A stretch of 64,000 nucleotides of DNA from Vicugna vicugna (taxonomy: Eukaryota), in contig MU058584.1 in the NCBI GenBank assembly GCA_013265495.1, forward strand, positions 3,166,508-3,230,507. Direction: 5' to 3'. The notes under the pieces were generated by a model. It worked only from the letters and a program-made list of their open reading frames with translations. It had not been told where the DNA came from and ran no database searches. Below are positions 14,491 through 27,385 of this stretch, piece by piece. Numbering within the stretch: position 1 is the first letter of the stretch; every line of letters starts with the position of its first letter. The position numbers and the translations under genes are program-made.

Positions 14491-14774
14491 CTGTTTTCTA
14501 CCAGAGAACAAACTACAGAGAATCCAAAGTTACTTCTCTTGCTCTTTCCCTAGTGAAGTATTTGTCAGGAAAATGAACTTCTAAGGAAGTCCAGCCAGCC
14601 TGTGCCGGGCAGAGCCCGCAGGGAGGAAGTGACAGAGCCTTGCCAAGAGTGCTCTGTTCCTGGCAGCTCCCCTGTATCCGTTGTGGGCACTGCACCTGTC
14701 CATAGTAGGGTCACCGTGGCTCCTGGGGAGAGAAGAGGTTTCCGTCCCCTTCTGACAAAGTGTCAGCAGGGGCG

Positions 14775-15000
14775 TGTGTGGTTAAGAGCCGGCACCCTGA
14801 AGCCAGCCGGCCTGAGTTTGAAGACCGGCTTGGCTGCTCTCCAGCTGTCTGATCTCGGGCCAGGCCGCTCAGTCCACCGCTCTGTGCCTCCGTTTCCTGC
14901 TGTGTCAGATGGGCATAAGAACACGCACCTCACAGAGTTGTTTGAGGATTAAATCACGTAGTAAATGTGAAATCCTTAGAACAGTTTCTGGCATGTGGTG
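14775..15000 (+). mobile_element. MIR
   Basis: gtggttaagagc...ctctgtgcctccgtttcctgc...acctcacagagttgtttgaggattaaat. Confidence 0.75.
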
Positions 15001-15062
15001 CGTTCTGTGCGGTAGCTCTTGTTTGTCATCCTTCAGTCGATTCTAAATCAGTTGAATTTAAA

Positions 15063-15325
15063 TTTGTGGTTTCCAGGGGGGAAAGGGGGGAGGGAGGGAT
15101 AAATTGGGAATTTGGGATTGGCAGATACACACTGCTATATGTACACAACAGATAAACAACAAGGCCCTACTGTACAGCACAGGGAGCTGTATTCAATGGC
15201 TTGTAGTAACCTATAATGAAAAGGAATCTGAAAAAGAACATACGTGTATATATGTGTATAACTGAATCACTCTTGTACACCAGAAACTAAGGCAACATTG
15301 TAAATCAACTATACATCAATAAAAA
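15063..15325 (+). mobile_element. Artiodactyl-type L1 3' end
   Basis: gggagggataaattgggaatttgggattggcagatac...aacattgtaaatcaactatacatcaataaaaa. Confidence 0.85.
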
Positions 15326-17971
15326 ATAATCAAAAAGTTTAATAACTTCGTGAGTAAGTGTTCTTTGAGAGGGGTTTCTCAGTAGGGGCTCGTGACTCTA
15401 AAGAGAACAGAGCCAGCCGTGTAATTTTATGAACCCAGAAGTGAATTTTTAAAATGTCTTTCCTAGGAATAGAGCCTAACAAGATTGACATTTCACCAAA
15501 AAGTCCTGGGAATATGTTTATTTTGGTGACTGTTGATCAACCAGCATTTTTCTCAGGTGCAGGCTAACATCTGGGTTTTTCTAGGCTGGGCTACGTTGGC
15601 AGTGACAACATGGATCAGGAATTAAAATTGAGAGCTTCTGCTGTGGGAGTTTTTGATCGAGCACTGCTTACAGTCTTCTGGCTTCCCCTCCCAGCTACTG
15701 CTTTCTCTGTGGAGAGCTTGGCCTGCAGCACAAGCAAGGTGCTGAAAGATGAGGAGGATGTTTAATTCCACTCTGACACATCGGAGTAAATACAGGGAGA
15801 GAGGCTGGCAGGTGGCAGAGAGGTGTCCAGTGGCCTTGGGACATTGATTGGTCCATGCATGATACTCCTCATCTCACCTTTTAAAATTCGCAAGGAAATT
15901 GAGTGGTTGATGAGATGTTTGTGGCACCTGTGATGGATAAGGCAGCCTCTTGACCCAGGACTGGAGAATTACTCCAGCTTTCAAGAGGACATTTACACGA
16001 AGTATACTGGGTATGTGGGTGTTGATGTTAGGATTATTCAAGTTGAAAGTGACAGAAAAGTTCAAACAACAGTGTTTAAACAAGAAAATTTATCTCATTC
16101 CTGTCTCAGTTCTGTGGTCATTTGAGTCTGTGGCTTCTTTATTTAATCTGCTCCACTACCCTTAGTATGATGCTACAGAGTGGTTGCTTGAGCTCCAGCC
16201 ATCAAGTCTTCATTCCAGCCAACAGGAAAGGCTGAGTCAAAAGGGGACCCTTATCCTTTAAGGAGACTCCAGGAAGCTGCCACTTCACACTTCTGCTTAT
16301 CTAAATGATCAGAACTTAGCACAAACACAAAACACTACAAAGGAGGCTGAGAAATAGTGGCCCAGTTAAAACTCAGGGACTGAGATCTAGATATATAACC
16401 AAGTGTTGCCTGAGTATGTTACGTGCTTTAGGATGAAATGAGGAAGGCAAACTATCATTTTTGAAATTTCCAGGTCTGAAGGAAAAAGAAAACTGCTGGG
16501 TCATCAATTCCTACATTTCCTGTGGTAATCCATTTAAACCACATGTTAAACGTGAGCCCCGCAGGTGCCACGGCCTGCCAGATCTTGGGAATAAAAGCTG
16601 AGTCGCAACTGGTCCTGGTTATTGGATTGACTTGTGGCTGCTGTTTGGTGTCTAAGAGCCTTTTTAAAATTATATAGCCACTTAGTGAGTTTCTGATTTA
16701 GATCTTTGTGTGTGTGTGTGTGTGTGTGTGGTAGTAATTGTACTATAGCCAGGAGAACCCACTTAGCAGTGCGAGGGTTCTGGGGTCATTCATGGCCCCA
16801 AGGCTGGATGGCCTTACAGGTATTCCCGGGGAAGCACTGAGTGACACCTTCCTGTTGCTGCCACACAGTCAGTGGGTTTGACCAGGAATCGAGTCAACAG
16901 GTTTGAGCTTTGTTGCGTCTCAGGGCAAATTACTGGGGCTTTAGTTTTCTCCTACTTGTAAATTAGAGCTTCTGGGCTGCGTGGGGAGCAACCCCTGCCC
17001 CCAAAGGAGTGATGTAATGTCTGGGGGCCGTGCTGGACACCGTATAAGTTAGTGGTATGTTTCTTACTTAATGATAGTGACAGGGAGAGCTGCTGTCAAG
17101 AGTAATTGAGGTGACTTGTACACAGTTTCAGAGTGAAGGAGTTTCATGGGGTCTTCCTGCCCGAGGAGGCCAAGCGTCTGGCCTTCTTGCACTCTTGAGC
17201 TGCTGGGTGGTGCGTTCAGGGCAGGTGTTAACTCCGTTCTGAAGGCTGGGGAAGGAGTGATGAGTCAAGGCGCCTCACCTGGGGCTGGTTGGCTGTTTGA
17301 AGCCCTGATGGGTGTGATTGCGAGGTTTTCCTCCATCTGAGCGCTGCTCCCTCTGATTCTGCAGTAGCCCACTCAGAGCGGGGCAGACCACTTGATAGGA
17401 CTGAAATGTTACGCAACATGGCCCATTCTCTTCTGTGTGGGCGCCCATGAGAAACATCTGCCCGTTCCCCTGGGGACACAGTCAGCCTGCAGCCCTCCAC
17501 AGGGCTGGGCTACCAGCTTGTGCTTCTGTATGAGAATCGTTTTAGAGAAATATGCTTCTGATAGCAATATAGGAAGCTGTGGGGACACAACAGCTGCCCT
17601 GTTGGAAACCACTAGCTGGAAGGGCCTGTTGATTGGCTGTTGGCCGCTCCTGGGGCTTCCGGGATGAGCAGTGTCTCTGGGAAAGGTGTCCACCCTTCTG
17701 GTCAGCACATCTGGCAGACTGGCCTAAGTGTGAAGTCCAATGTGGGCATGTTCTCAGAATTACAGCATGGGGAGGAATCTTAAAGTCATTGTGAGTTGTC
17801 CTCCATCACCAGAACTGCTGGTGAGATTTAGTCCTACCGGTTTTTCTTCAAAGAATTTTCTGGGCCCCCCAAAATTACTGGCTCATATAATGCTGGATTC
17901 TTTTGAACATAATCCAAATTTAGTTTCCAGATACCTTAAATGCGTGTGTATGTGTTTCTCTATGTACTTTT

Positions 17972-18133
17972 CCCCCATTTACTTTAATTTATTTTTTGAC
18001 TTTTATTTTTGTAGGGGAGGGGTAATTAGGTTTATTTATTTACTTATTTTTAATGGAAGTACTGGTGATTGAACCCAGGACCTTGTGCATGCTAAGCATG
18101 CGCCATACCACTGAGCTATACCCTCCCTCCCTA
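17972..18133 (-). mobile_element. Vic-1-like SINE
   Basis: SINE body flanked by the direct repeat tatgtactttt (17961 and 18134). Confidence 0.85.
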
Positions 18134-19079
18134 TATGTACTTTTAACTTCTTTTTGGTATATAAATCACTTGCCTGCTTTGAGTAATATGAATTTCTGTG
18201 AAATTTAACATAAAATGCTGACTTTAATGATATAGTGGGACAAAACAGTATTACATTTCTAACCAGTTCCCTCCCTGTTCTCTGAAAGTGGAGTAAATTT
18301 ATGGGGAACATTGAGGCTGATGCCAAAGCTGCCTCGGTTCTGGAACGGTAAAAAGAATTGTGCGTTTGGAGTGAGATCTGTGGTTTGGGATTCAGCTCAT
18401 GGCCTTGAGCAGGTCATTTAGCTTGATTGAAATCACTAAGCTTCAGTTTCCTCATTAGGGAGACAAATAAGATACAATAATGTCTTGTAATAGAATTAAG
18501 GGAGATAACATCTTCAAAACTGGCATACAAGTGAAGAAACTGAAAACCACCTTCACTGATTCTTCCATATGATTTTCTCTGTCAAAAAATAACCTCATAC
18601 TGACCTGATCTTGACTTTGTGTTCAGGCAGCAAGCCACAGTCCTAGGTGGCTTATCACTACAACCCCTCCCAACCCCAACCCTCCCCACCACCCCAAATA
18701 ATGTGCTAGGAGTGGCAGGGACAGGACACATTCTGGATGCTTTGTGTTACTTGTGGGGAGATCATGCAGAACTACGTTTACCTCCAGCTTCAGGGTGGTG
18801 CCAGTTTGCCTGTGAGGTGCAGCTGGAAGGAGGGTGGGCTCTGGAGTTGGGCGCTTGGGTTGGAGTCCTGTCTCTACTGCTCCTTGCCTTGGGTAAATCA
18901 CTTCACTTGTCTCCGCCGTAAGTAGAGTGGGTGTAATAATAATAGTCATCATACAAGGCTGTGATAAGTAAATGAGATGATTTTAAAATGTTGAGCCTAG
19001 TATCTAGCACACAGGAAGAAACTGCCCCTTAAATGTGTACTCTTGTTATAATAATTTTTAATCTTTTAACCATCTTGTA

Positions 19080-19154
19080 TTAAAGTATAGCTAATTTGCA
19101 ATGTTGTGTTGGTTTCAGGTGTGCAGCAAAGTGATTCCGTTACACATGTGTGTG

Positions 19155-19196
<42 letters not shown>

Positions 19197-19355
19197 TATA
19201 CATATATCTGTTCTTTTTCAGATTCTTTTCCATTATAGGTTATTACGAGATACTGAATATAGTTCCCTGTGTATATAGTAGGTCCTTGTTTATCTATTTT
19301 ATATATAGTAGTGTATATCCGCTAATCCTAAACTCCTAATTTATCCCTCCCCACC
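19080..19355 (-). mobile_element. L1 3' end with internal (GT)(AT) microsatellite
   Basis: aagtatagctaatttgcaatgttg...aactcctaatttatccctccc. Confidence 0.8.
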
Positions 19356-21740
19356 AATAATTATTATTATGTATATTGTGGTAAATGTATATTGTGGTAA
19401 ATGTACATAATATAAAATTTACCATCTTAAGCCATATTTAAGCATAGCTTTCAGTAGTGTTAAGTATACTCGCATTGTTGGGCAGAACTTTTTCATCAAC
19501 TAACATACCCATTAAACAACTCCCCATTGCCCCCTCCCCTGAGCCCCAGCACCCTTCATAAGGAACCAGGATTGTATGATTTTGTAGCTGAGTCATTTAA
19601 TTTGGTTTCCACATCTGCGAAGGGTAGCATTTTGTGACTTCTAAGGGCGGTTATAATGGAGCACTTGGCCGAGGGCCTGACACCTAATAAATCAGCAGTT
19701 AAAATGTTAGCAGGCGGTGGCGGTGGTGTATTTGTGGAAAGAAGGCCTACCAGTCAGGTCCTTGAAAACACGGTGCTGAGACACGCAGCTGTGGACCAAT
19801 GGAATGGCCACCACCTTTACTCTTGATAGAGAATGTGATGAGCGCTGACTTTGTAGGATTGTATCTCTTGTATGTTCAGGTCCTGATTTGATTGGCCATT
19901 GGGAAGGTTCTGCCCTAGGTGTGCCTGGGTTGGAGAAATGATTGTTTATCTGCAAAATTCAGTAGTGAAATTTCTTTCCCTTTTTTTTTTTCTTTTGGGC
20001 AGCGGTGGCCTTACTGTTCTTATTAGAAAAACGCACACATTTAATGGGTTTGAACTATAAACAAAAATACCGTTATTTGAATAACCTGATAGATTATATA
20101 TATCCTACTCCATAAATCCCTTCTCACTTTCATTCTTTGGACTTCTAGAAGGAATTCTATCTCCTAGTAAAGGCTACAGTTATAAACATTACTCTCTTAT
20201 AGCCTTTGGGTATAAGAAGCAGATGGAAGTTAGGAAAAGGGAATTATGGGTCTATACATGATTAAAAACTTAGAGTTTATAATTGCGTAGAACCTTGGAT
20301 TCTATTGTAGCATTTTCATTTTTGAATGTAGTTTGTCATGTGCAAGCTTTACCTTCCTGTGAAGATTTTTTTTTTAGTGGCACACCTCTAGTTCCAAAAA
20401 TCCGAAGTACCTTAAAGTACTTTTTTGTGTTAATATGCAAAAATGTCATAAAAGTAAGAAAACTTCCTAATTATCAATTGAGTCGAAATATTTTTCCTCC
20501 ACAGACCCCCTCTTTGGTAGTGTATTTCGCAACTTGCACAACAGGACATGTGCAACGTAGTTGAATTTGCATTGACTTGTGCAACAGGAATGGCCAGTTT
20601 TCCTTTATGCTCGGACAAGTCAGATACATTCTTTATAAAAAATTGTAGCTTTTAAAAGTTTCTTGGTTTTTCCCTGTTAAAATCAGTTGGTTAAGTAAGT
20701 TCAGTGGTCAGGCTCCTGAGACAGACCAAGAAACCTCTAACCTTGCTCATTTTTTCACCTGTTGTAATTAGGTCCGCCAGTTCCATAAGGGGCCTGAGTT
20801 ACAGCTTCTAGAGATTTTGTAGTGTTGACATGCTTGCTTTAAGTTCATCTTTATAGCAAATGAAAAAAAAAAAAGAGAGAGAGAAATGAGTTATTTGGTA
20901 AATACAGCCCTTCACGATCTCATTCTTTTGAACGCACTTGTCTTTTTTCCGTTTTGTTTTTTTTTTAACAAAGAGTGTATGTTTTTGGAGAGAAGAGGCA
21001 GATGTGTGTGTTGCTAGCAACACAGCACAAAGCATGTAGGTTTGAGTTCATCTGGAACTGGCACCCCCCACTCTAGTTGTTGGTGCTGTTTGTGTCCCAC
21101 ATCGTGACAGCTCTGTAATTGGGACACGCCTCGGTGAAAAGGCTGCCCGGTATACTATGAAGGTGATGACGTCCACGCCTATGGATGAGAGCAAAAGAAG
21201 GCAACAGAAGTAGGGGGTGCAGGCCACGGCCTTGGCCTTACTGCCGGCCAGCCAAGCTCCCCGCTGTGGTTTTTGATTCTGCTGATGTGAAGAGATGCGC
21301 CGGGGCTGAGAGATGTCGTGTGGAGCGCAGTCACTTTGTGAGCCAGAGGCCCTTCGGCCCATCGGCACATCATCAGTGTGCCCTTTCCCCACTTGCTGCT
21401 GCCTTTTTGGATATATTTATACCAGGGCTCAAGCAAGGAAGAATAAAACCGTGTCATGTTTTATTAGTGGCTTTATGGAAGAGGAGGTAGAAATTACTGC
21501 CCTGCTCCCCCGCCTTCACTGCGGATACCTGAGCCTAGTAAGTTGTGTTAAGGAAGGGAAGGAGGAGATGTTTGGGGCCCCCAGACTTTCTTCTCAGCCG
21601 GTGTAGCTGCCCTCCTCCTAACCCATCATACAGGAGGCGGCCTTTGGGTTCTTCCTTCCCACAGCCCTGGCCCAGGGCATGCGTGTCAGCCCAGTGCCCG
21701 GACCTCCCTCATTCCTTGGTGTTCTCTTCTCTCCTTACAG

Positions 21741-21900
21741 TCGTCCGTTTGTGCTAAGATTGTCCAGCTCCTGGGACAGAATGAGGTGGACTATCGCCAG
21801 AAGCAGGTGGTCATCCTGAGCCAGGATAGCTTCTATCGTGTCCTCACTTCAGAACAGAAGGCCAAAGCCCTGAAGGGCCAGTTCAATTTTGATCACCCGG
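21741..21900 (+). CDS. UCK2: Uridine-cytidine kinase 2, coding exon 2 (160 nt)
   Basis: Polypyrimidine-ttacag acceptor and gtgagt donor. Translates [53 protein letters not shown], recognised as UCK2 including the catalytic Asp of SQDSFY. Confidence 0.98.
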
Positions 21901-21919
21901 GTGAGTTGGGGCATTGAAG

Positions 21920-21921
<2 letters not shown>

Positions 21922-21968
<47 letters not shown>
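21922..21968. repeat. (GT)23 microsatellite in UCK2 intron 2
   Basis: Perfect GT run starting at intron position +22. Confidence 0.95.
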
Positions 21969-21971
<3 letters not shown>

Positions 21972-22779
21972 GTCGATTGAAGAAGTTGCTTAACCTCTCT
22001 GAGTCTTGTTTCCCATCCATAAGAGGGAGGGCCAATAGGAACCTTGCAGGGTTGTGGTGGGGCTTCTGTGAAAGAAGGAATCTTGCAGCATCCTGTCATT
22101 CTTGGCTCTTTAAATACTGATCGAATCGGTGTCTGGACAAGGGTGACTGGGAGAAGCCTGTTACTACTCAGGATGGGCCAGATGCGGGCTAGAACACGTG
22201 GCTGGTTCTTCTGCCTCCTCTGATCTGAAGCAGCCATTTTATATCATCCAGCACATGTGTGTACACGATTTGTGTGTTCAACTCACTGACGGGCAGAGAG
22301 GGAGACGGAGGGTCCAGGATGGCTGCCTGAATGATTTTTGCCCAGACGGTCCCAGATGGGCACACTGCCCCTTTGGCTGGTTTGGGTTTCTTATGATTGT
22401 CGGAGTCAATACTTGCTGGTGTGATGCCTGCTGCATCCCCCTAGTCGTGAGGATGCTTTTCAGGTGATCACATGCTGGATTTAGAAAGGGGAGAGAGAGG
22501 TCCGAGGCCAGGGATAGGACAGCAAGGCAAAACAAGGAGAAACCCACTTGGCAGAACTCCTTTATACGGTTTGGTTTGAGACCCAGGGAGTTTGCATTCT
22601 GCTGTGGGTAGAATTCAGGCTTTTTTTGGGTGGGGGGTGGGCAGGGTGGGGGGGTGCTTCTCTAGAGTGCGATATGGTCACATGAATTAGGGGTGTGCAG
22701 CGATGTGTGTAGTTCATCATTATAGGAGAAGAAGTCATTTTACAATTCAGAAACATTTTAACAGTTTGATTTCCTTCAG

Positions 22780-22876
22780 ATGCCTTTGACAATGAACTCA
22801 TTTTCAAAACCCTCAAAGAAATCACCGAAGGGAAAACAGTCCAGATTCCCGTGTATGACTTTGTTTCCCATTCCCG
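22780..22876 (+). CDS. UCK2: UCK2 coding exon 3 (97 nt)
   Basis: ttccttcag acceptor and gtaagt donor. Encodes (D)[31 protein letters not shown](R), with the pyrimidine-specificity Tyr/His. Phase matches exon 2. Confidence 0.98.
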
Positions 22877-24049
22877 GTAAGTGAGCTGCTCTGGGCCAGG
22901 GATTGCTCCCCAGGGCTCCCCAGAGCGCCCCCGACTTCTTGAGTCCCAGGCCTCTGCCTCCCCGCTGCTGGTGCCCACTGCAGCCTGTCTAACAGCGCGG
23001 TGGTGGCAGTGTGCCTGTGGGTGTGGTGTGCACGGGGGTCAGGAGTTCATCCAGGCACTGCTTGAAACCTTCCGATCACGATCGTCATGTTTTGTCCACT
23101 CTGAGACGGGTTCATGAATTTGGGCTCGGTGACTGCATCTTCGTCCTCATCCACATCCCCGAGCTGTCATTCCTGGAGTGAGATGTCAGGGGGCGGGGTG
23201 GAGGAAGCACAGAAGAACGAAGGGAACAGTTCTTTCTGCTCTCCGGGTTGACTTGGGGTTGGGCTGCACCGAGAAGTGTGAGGGCACTGAGCTCCCCAGA
23301 GATTAGACCTTCCAGAGGGCTTCTCCCTCACATCAGACCTGTCCTCCCCGTTTGTCTGTTTCATGCTCCTGATTAGTAGAGGAGTGGTTTCGTCCATGGC
23401 ATCTTCCTTCCCTCTGAGGGATGGGAAGGGGCTCCTGGAGGACTGCCCTCCTGAGAGCCAGACCCCAAGCTCCTTCAGAGCTGCCCAGAGCTCTCTGCTC
23501 ACGTGGTCTCCTCTGGGACCTCCCAGGCACACTCTGAACACCTCAGCCCCTATCGTGTATTGCACCACGTGTCGCTCCTTCATATTCCTGGGCTGGTAAT
23601 GGCTCAGCAAGTGTTTGTAGCTTTGGGCTGTTTTGAAAGTTTCTCCCACCTACTTTTTCATTTTCCCTCCTGGTTCCTTTATCCTATTCCCTCTTGAGTT
23701 GGTTTTTTTTTTTTTTTTTTAATGGGAAATTAGCTCTCATACTTCTTTTACTGCCAAATGTGTCTATAATTAAAAGCCCAATCGTTATCTTCTCGTGCGT
23801 CCCTTTAGTACGGATCTCAGCCTTGAATGAAGTATATGCTCTTCTTGTGAACTTTCTCAGAGCTTGAGGGTATGGTAAGGATTTGGGTGGAGGAAGAGGA
23901 AAGATAGTACATTGTGATGAAAGGCAGAGCTGCTTTGGTACTCACCTTCATCCCTCATCAGAATCTTTTGAAGTACTTCCTACCGTGGACCCGATTCTAC
24001 TGTGCTGGAGATTTAAAGAACAAGATACGCCATGGTGTTGCTTTTGAAA

Positions 24050-24930
24050 TGTATAGGAATATCAAATCACTGTTGTGAACCAGGAACTAGCATAGTATTG
24101 TAGGTCAATTATACTTCAGCTGACCAACAAATAAACTCACAGAAAAGGAGATCAAATTTGTCACTATTGGTGGTGGAGGGGGTGAGGGAGAATTAGATGA
24201 AGACAGTCAAAAGGTACAAACTCCAGTTTTAGGAAAAATAAGTACTAGGGATGTAATGCACAACTGGATAAAAATAACTAACATTGCTGCTCATTATACG
24301 TGAAAGAGAATAAAGCCTAAGAGTTCTCATCACAAAACATGTTTTTCCTATTTCTTTAATGTTGAGTCAATATGAGATGGTGGATGTTCACTGTACCTAG
24401 TGTGGTAATCATGTCATGATGTATGTGATGAGATTATTGTGTTCTACACCTATACAGTGTATCATGTTGTAAACTGATACAATGCTGTATGTCAGTTATA
24501 TATCAGGAAAACTGGAAGAAAACATAAATTAAAAACAAAAGTTACAAAAATGAGCATTATCAAGTATGAGAAAAGATCAAACATTACTTCTAGAAATGGA
24601 AAACACAGTGGCAAAATTTTAAAACCCAGCAGACATATTTAGCAGCAGACTGGGGCCTAAAAAACACAATTCAAACACTAGAGGATTGATCTGAAGAAAT
24701 TATCCACAAATGTATTAAGGAAAGAAGAAGAAAACAGAGAAGGAATTAAGAGACATAGAAAACAGTGAGAAGACCTTAAAAATATTTAACCAGGAGAGGA
24801 AAAAGAACAAAAGCAGTATGTCTGAAAAGAGTAGCTTAATTTTTTTAGAACTAACAAAACTCACCACATCCATAGATTCAAAAAGTGTTACAAATCCCAG
24901 GCAGGATACATAAAAAGACATACACAGGTG
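24050..24930 (+). mobile_element. Cluster of L1 fragments
   Basis: L1 3'-UTR motifs (aaggtacaaactccagttttaggaaaaataagtactagggatgtaatg) followed by A-rich old L1 sequence. Confidence 0.65.
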
Positions 24931-25103
24931 AGTTGTAAGTTCTTCTCTTTGGAATTGGTTAATATTCCATTGTGACTTAACAGTTTTTGTGCCCGCTACA
25001 GAGGTGTTTTGAAGGTTTGTACAAAGTTGTGTGTCTGTACAAACACATACATGCTTGCTAATTTCCACTTCCTTTTCATTGTCTGCTTCATCAATCAGCT
25101 TTT

Positions 25104-25936
25104 TTTTTGTTTTTCATTTTTATTAGGTAGAATTGTTACAATTTGCACATATACAATGTATTGCATATAAATATATATACACAATATACTGCACATTTTT
25201 TTAAAAAATTTACGTATACGTACTGTTCATTGTTTCTAAGAATGTTAAGAGCTTTAGCTTTTTAAACTTACATAGTTATCAAAGGAATAAAGCCAACCCC
25301 AAAATAAGAATTAATTCAAAAAGACACATATACCCCGCTATTAACAGCAACATTGTTTATAATTGCTAAGATATGGAAGCATCCTAAGTGCACATCAATA
25401 GATGAATGGATAAAGAAGATGCAGCATATATGTGTAATGGAATACAGTGCACCCGTAAGAAAGAAGGATATTTTGCCATTTGCAGCCCTTCATGCACTTT
25501 TTTTTCCCCCACTTCAAAAACCAGAATTTTATAACTGGCATAAACATTTCCATTCAATCAAAAAGAACAAAAATACCTAGAAAGAAACTTAACCAAAGAG
25601 GTTACCTATACTCTGAAAACTGCAAAACATTGGTGAAGGAAATTGAAGATGATACAAAGAAATGGAAAGATACCTTGTGCTCTTCGATTGGAAGAATCAA
25701 CATTATCAAAAGCAACCAAAGCAATCCACAAACCCAGTCCAACCCCTTGTCAAAGTACTCACAACATTTTTCACAGAACTACAACAAACAATTCCAAAAT
25801 TTATATGGAACCATAGAAGACCCCGAACTGCCAAAGCAAAATTTGTAGGTCTCTTTTGTTTTCTTCCTCTCTCTTTCTTTTCGTTCTCTTTTCTTATGGT
25901 TTGATGACCAGAGAAGTTCCTTTAACATTTGTTGCA
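25104..25936 (-). mobile_element. Composite retro-insertion: polyadenylated non-L1 segment plus scrambled L1 ORF2 pieces
   Basis: Poly-T at 25100, TTTATT at 25119, L1 ORF2-like peptides in ORFs at 25353, 25480 and 25662, and imperfect 14-bp TSD at 25090 and 25937. Confidence 0.7.
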
Positions 25937-27385
25937 ATCAGCCAGCTTTTAAAATACAGAAGTTAGAAGTCTCTCCATTACAAATGTGGATATGGTTTCT
26001 CCTGGTATTTATATCAGCTCAGTATACTTCAAAGCTCTGCGGTTAAGGAAATAAAGCTTCATGACTTTAAAAAAAAAAAAAGAAAAGAAATACCTAGGGT
26101 AAAACCATGCTTTAGCCCAACCCCACTCTAATGAAATCAGAGCCCCAGGCGGGTAGAGTCTAGGTATATATATATTTTTAAAGCTCCCCAGATGATTCTG
26201 TGTGCATCCAGAGTTACACTGCTGTCCTGGAGAGTCTCCTAACTACTAACCTGTTCTGCCGTCTTTTCTGCTCTGTATTTTGCTACCTTGGTAGTTGCTT
26301 CAACAGTGCTGCCTTAGAATGTCGACAGGAACCCAGAAGTCTGAGCTAATCAAGAATCAAAGCTTGTTTATGGGAAGGAAGTTCAAAGGCATCCTCCTTG
26401 GGGGTGGGGGGGGGTGGGCAGCTACTGTTGACCTCCCTGTGTTTGCACTGATAAGGCAAGGTGCAAACCTTCCTATCATCTTAAGGGCATTTTAGAAGAA
26501 CTGTTTGTTTGGTTTTATTCACAGATGTTTGCTGCTCTGCCGGTCAGGGCTGTAGTACACCTTGCCGTGGTACCTGGTCACTTCCCGTTCAGTGAATTTT
26601 GGGGGAGAGGCAGTAGGTGAAATGCAAGGTGGCTTTAGGACAGCAGCCAAGCCTACGAATGCAAGGGAAGCTGAGGCAGGGCGGAGCTGGACCCAGCAGG
26701 CCCCTATTATCCGTTTGGTTTCACTTCCCTTGCTTTTGAAAAGTCTTGTTTACACTGGTGTCTGCCTTGGGCCTCCCAGCCCTCGGGTGGATGGATGAGG
26801 TAATGTATGACCCTGCTGCACTGATAAGGGAGAGGGTTCTAGGAGCGAGACTGAGCCAGACCGGGCAGGACGCTGGGAGCATTGACTTGCCTGTAGATCC
26901 TTCCTCCTCTCCTTCTTATCTAAAGCTTTATTTTTCCCTCTGCCCCTTCCTTCTTCCTCCCAGTGGCCTTAGGGCTGGGGGAGGGGTGGGGCTCTTGGGA
27001 GAAAATTGCATTTCTGGTTTTGGAAGTTCAGAGTGTCAGGTCCCACGGACGGACGCCAGGCCTGAGTGTTCCTGGGGACCACATGTGCTTTTGTCTGTCT
27101 TCATTCTTCCTTCAACAGCAGGTCTTTTCTTCTCAGGAGAGGGATGCCTGCCCTCCCTTGCTACTCAATGGCCAGAGCTCAGGAAACCTTTGCCCTAGTT
27201 GTCCTGGCCCCCGTTTTGGGGTCTTCAGTGGTGGTTTCAGGGCTCTGTGAGGCTGTGTTAGCTAAACCCTCTCAGCCCCCTTTATGTCGAAGGGGGCAGG
27301 ACCCTAGACTCCCAGGCAGCTGCCCTTGCTCCTGTTTCCTCCTGCCTGGCACCACCCAGCCCATCACCTGCCCTGTGGTTTGCAG

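Noticed and set aside
21365..21383. Possible iron-responsive element (CAGTGT)
   Set aside because: CAGTGN is not the apical loop of a 5-bp stem with a bulged C, and the site is intronic.
1..21740. UCK2 exon 1 and promoter
   Set aside because: I found no CpG island or P-loop-encoding exon (GGTASGKS-type), so exon 1 must be upstream of the window.
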